From Alphaproteobacteria bacterium (GTDB taxonomy: Bacteria > Pseudomonadota > Alphaproteobacteria > Rickettsiales > UBA8987), in assembly GCA_031426355.1 (NCBI GenBank), contig JANPLD010000045.1, positions 11,121 through 75,120 of the forward strand: a DNA stretch of 64,000 bases, given 5' to 3'. The notes beneath the pieces were generated by a model. That model worked only from the letters and a program-made list of their open reading frames with translations. It made no database searches and was not told the DNA's origin. The position numbers and the translations under genes are program-made. This document shows positions 62,339 to 64,000 of the stretch, in pieces. The first letter of the stretch is position 1. Each line of letters begins with the position of its first letter.

Positions 62339-62555
62339 GCTAAGGAATTGGTTTTAAATCAAGTTACGACTATAATAGTTATCTTTAATTCGCACGCGCT
62401 CGCCCGTATATTCTTATATTAACTGGCAAAGTCGCTGTAACTGGCTTAAGGGTTCATATTAGCGCTATCTCTTATATCTTTGAGGCACTTTAAGTATTAG
62501 AATTATCATTATTTTTAATAAAATTAATATTATTTTGCTCAAAATTATGCTATTA

Positions 62556-62570
62556 TTAAAAATAGGTTAA
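62556..62570. promoter_or_regulatory. CtrA-type box TTAA-N7-TTAA
   Basis: TTAAaaataggTTAA just upstream of ATG 62586. Confidence 0.4.
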
Positions 62571-62585
62571 TTTCTTGGGGATAAT

Positions 62586-63977
62586 ATGTTTGGAAAAAGG
62601 TTTTTATTTAGTAAATTCTTGAATGAAAGGAATTTCGAAAATGTTGTAGAGAAAGATTATAATCATAAATCCCACAATATTTTCAAGCATATAGGTCATG
62701 ATATGCCATCTATAATAATAAAATCCCCTGCAATAATTCATGATCAGGCAATAGCTCCTGTCCAGTCACTTGAAGAAATTATGGAAAAGATAATTTTAGG
62801 AAGTTCGCATTTTTCTACCGTTATGCAGAATACAGCGCAAAGTATTCCACAGCAATTACACATTAACCACTCTGTACAACCACCAATAATTAGCCTGCCA
62901 ATATTTTTAAATATGCCTGATATGGATTGGAATGATCAAACCAATAATTTTACTGATGGCAATAATTATCAAAATTCGGATAATAATATTATTGATATTA
63001 ATAACGATGCCCCAATATCTGTAGTAGGATCCGGTTTTTTAAGCGTTAACTCTTCTGTTGTTATTCCGCCAGTTATCAATCCCACGCCGCCTATTTCAAG
63101 CTTATCTCCTCCAGCACTCCCTTTAAATGGTTTAATTCCATATCTTGACTTTTCAACTGGTGTGATTGAAGAATGGCCTCATGATATCGCAACTGATCCC
63201 GGTTATACTCATAATGGCCAGGTTATTGATTTATTTGAAGAATCAGGTGGACGTCTGAAGTCGGTTCTTATTACAACTCATAATATGACAAGCCAGTCAG
63301 TGGAAACTATTGCAGTTAACCCATCTGAAATGGGTAGTAATGCCTACTGGACTATTAAAAATGCTATTATAACCGGTGATAATTTTACCAAGTCGCTTAG
63401 TTCTGAAGAAGTAAGCCAGGTATTCAAACCTGCGGCAGGTACAATAATAAGGATAGATTATGATAAACTTTATGAACTGAGTGGTTTGTCACCTTTGAAT
63501 GATAAGCAGTTCCACATTAATTTTGAAAAATTGTTTTATGATCCGGAAAAAGACCCTAATCATGCGTCTATTGAGCATGATGTAATAAGGGGTAAGCTTG
63601 AATATATAAAATCCAACTTTGATTACAATGTTGATAATGATTATTTTGAAACCATAGATCTTAATAATTTCATAGCAAATGTGCTGGTAAACGATGGTGA
63701 TGAAAATGGTACGATAGGACAGGGCATAATAGCAGCAATTAACTCAGTTAAGATTAATGGCGAAGTAGTTGCTACTTTTAACGGCGGAAACATAGATCAA
63801 TATGTAACATTTGAAGGTCAGAATATAACCTTCAGTGATACTCAGGTTAGTAATCTCTTTGCTGAATTCGGTCATTCCGCTGATCCATATATAGCAATAG
63901 ATTATACGGCCTATTATAATGGCCACTCAGGTAAAGGAACTTTAGGAATTGTTTATGATGTTGATCATGATGGTTAA
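62586..63977 (+). CDS. Hypothetical protein with Pro-rich linker and C-terminal Ig-like module
   Basis: NVLVNDGDENG...INSVKING...IDYT resembles bacterial Ig-like repeats. Confidence 0.55.
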   Translation: MFGKRFLFSKFLNERNFENVVEKDYNHKSHNIFKHIGHDMPSIIIKSPAIIHDQAIAPVQSLEEIMEKIILGSSHFSTVMQNTAQSIPQQLHINHSVQPPIISLPIFLNMPDMDWNDQTNNFTDGNNYQNSDNNIIDINNDAPISVVGSGFLSVNSSVVIPPVINPTPPISSLSPPALPLNGLIPYLDFSTGVIEEWPHDIATDPGYTHNGQVIDLFEESGGRLKSVLITTHNMTSQSVETIAVNPSEMGSNAYWTIKNAIITGDNFTKSLSSEEVSQVFKPAAGTIIRIDYDKLYELSGLSPLNDKQFHINFEKLFYDPEKDPNHASIEHDVIRGKLEYIKSNFDYNVDNDYFETIDLNNFIANVLVNDGDENGTIGQGIIAAINSVKINGEVVATFNGGNIDQYVTFEGQNITFSDTQVSNLFAEFGHSADPYIAIDYTAYYNGHSGKGTLGIVYDVDHDG

Positions 63978-64000
63978 GCATTCCTGTCTTATTCCCTCTA

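Noticed and set aside
62392-62410. GC-rich CGCACGCGCTCGCCCGTAT patch as a cos or att site
   Set aside because: No match to the tRNA-Glu end or to any packaging site I can support

Overview
AT-rich alphaproteobacterial chromosome segment. A Rickettsiales-like affinity is inferred from a DUF2671-like gene, an alpha-type SspB and CtrA-type boxes. Housekeeping blocks are dxs-amidase-ABC, dacA-like, gpsA-purK-typA, an RND efflux operon, cspA and sspB-ftsY-rdgB. Three accessory zones are interleaved with them. (1) A czc/cus-like metal efflux operon at 11.6-17.6 kb. (2) An 18-kb mosaic at 17685-35869 built around tRNA-Arg(CCU). It holds one intact gene, six half-genes cut exactly at the 7-nt anticodon loop TTCCTAA in both orientations, and one short relic. 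Each half abuts a non-tRNA arm carrying TTACT repeats at an 11-bp period. The halves belong to at least two co-varying tRNA alleles. There are two tyrosine-integrase C-terminal relics and two PLD-nuclease relics but no intact integrase inside, and small cargo cassettes lie between the sites (phosphorelay, TIR fragment, orphan enzyme-like proteins). This nested, tRNA-splitting landing-pad array is the most striking feature of the window. (3) A tRNA-Glu-anchored P4-like integrase island with a SacI-family restriction-modification pair at 57-62 kb. Also present are a bufferin-type DUF2282/DUF692/DUF2063 cluster with two SigF-type promoters, and a LapG-like protease divergent from a degenerate HD-GYP membrane protein. 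All family assignments are from motif recognition by eye; no database searches were run.
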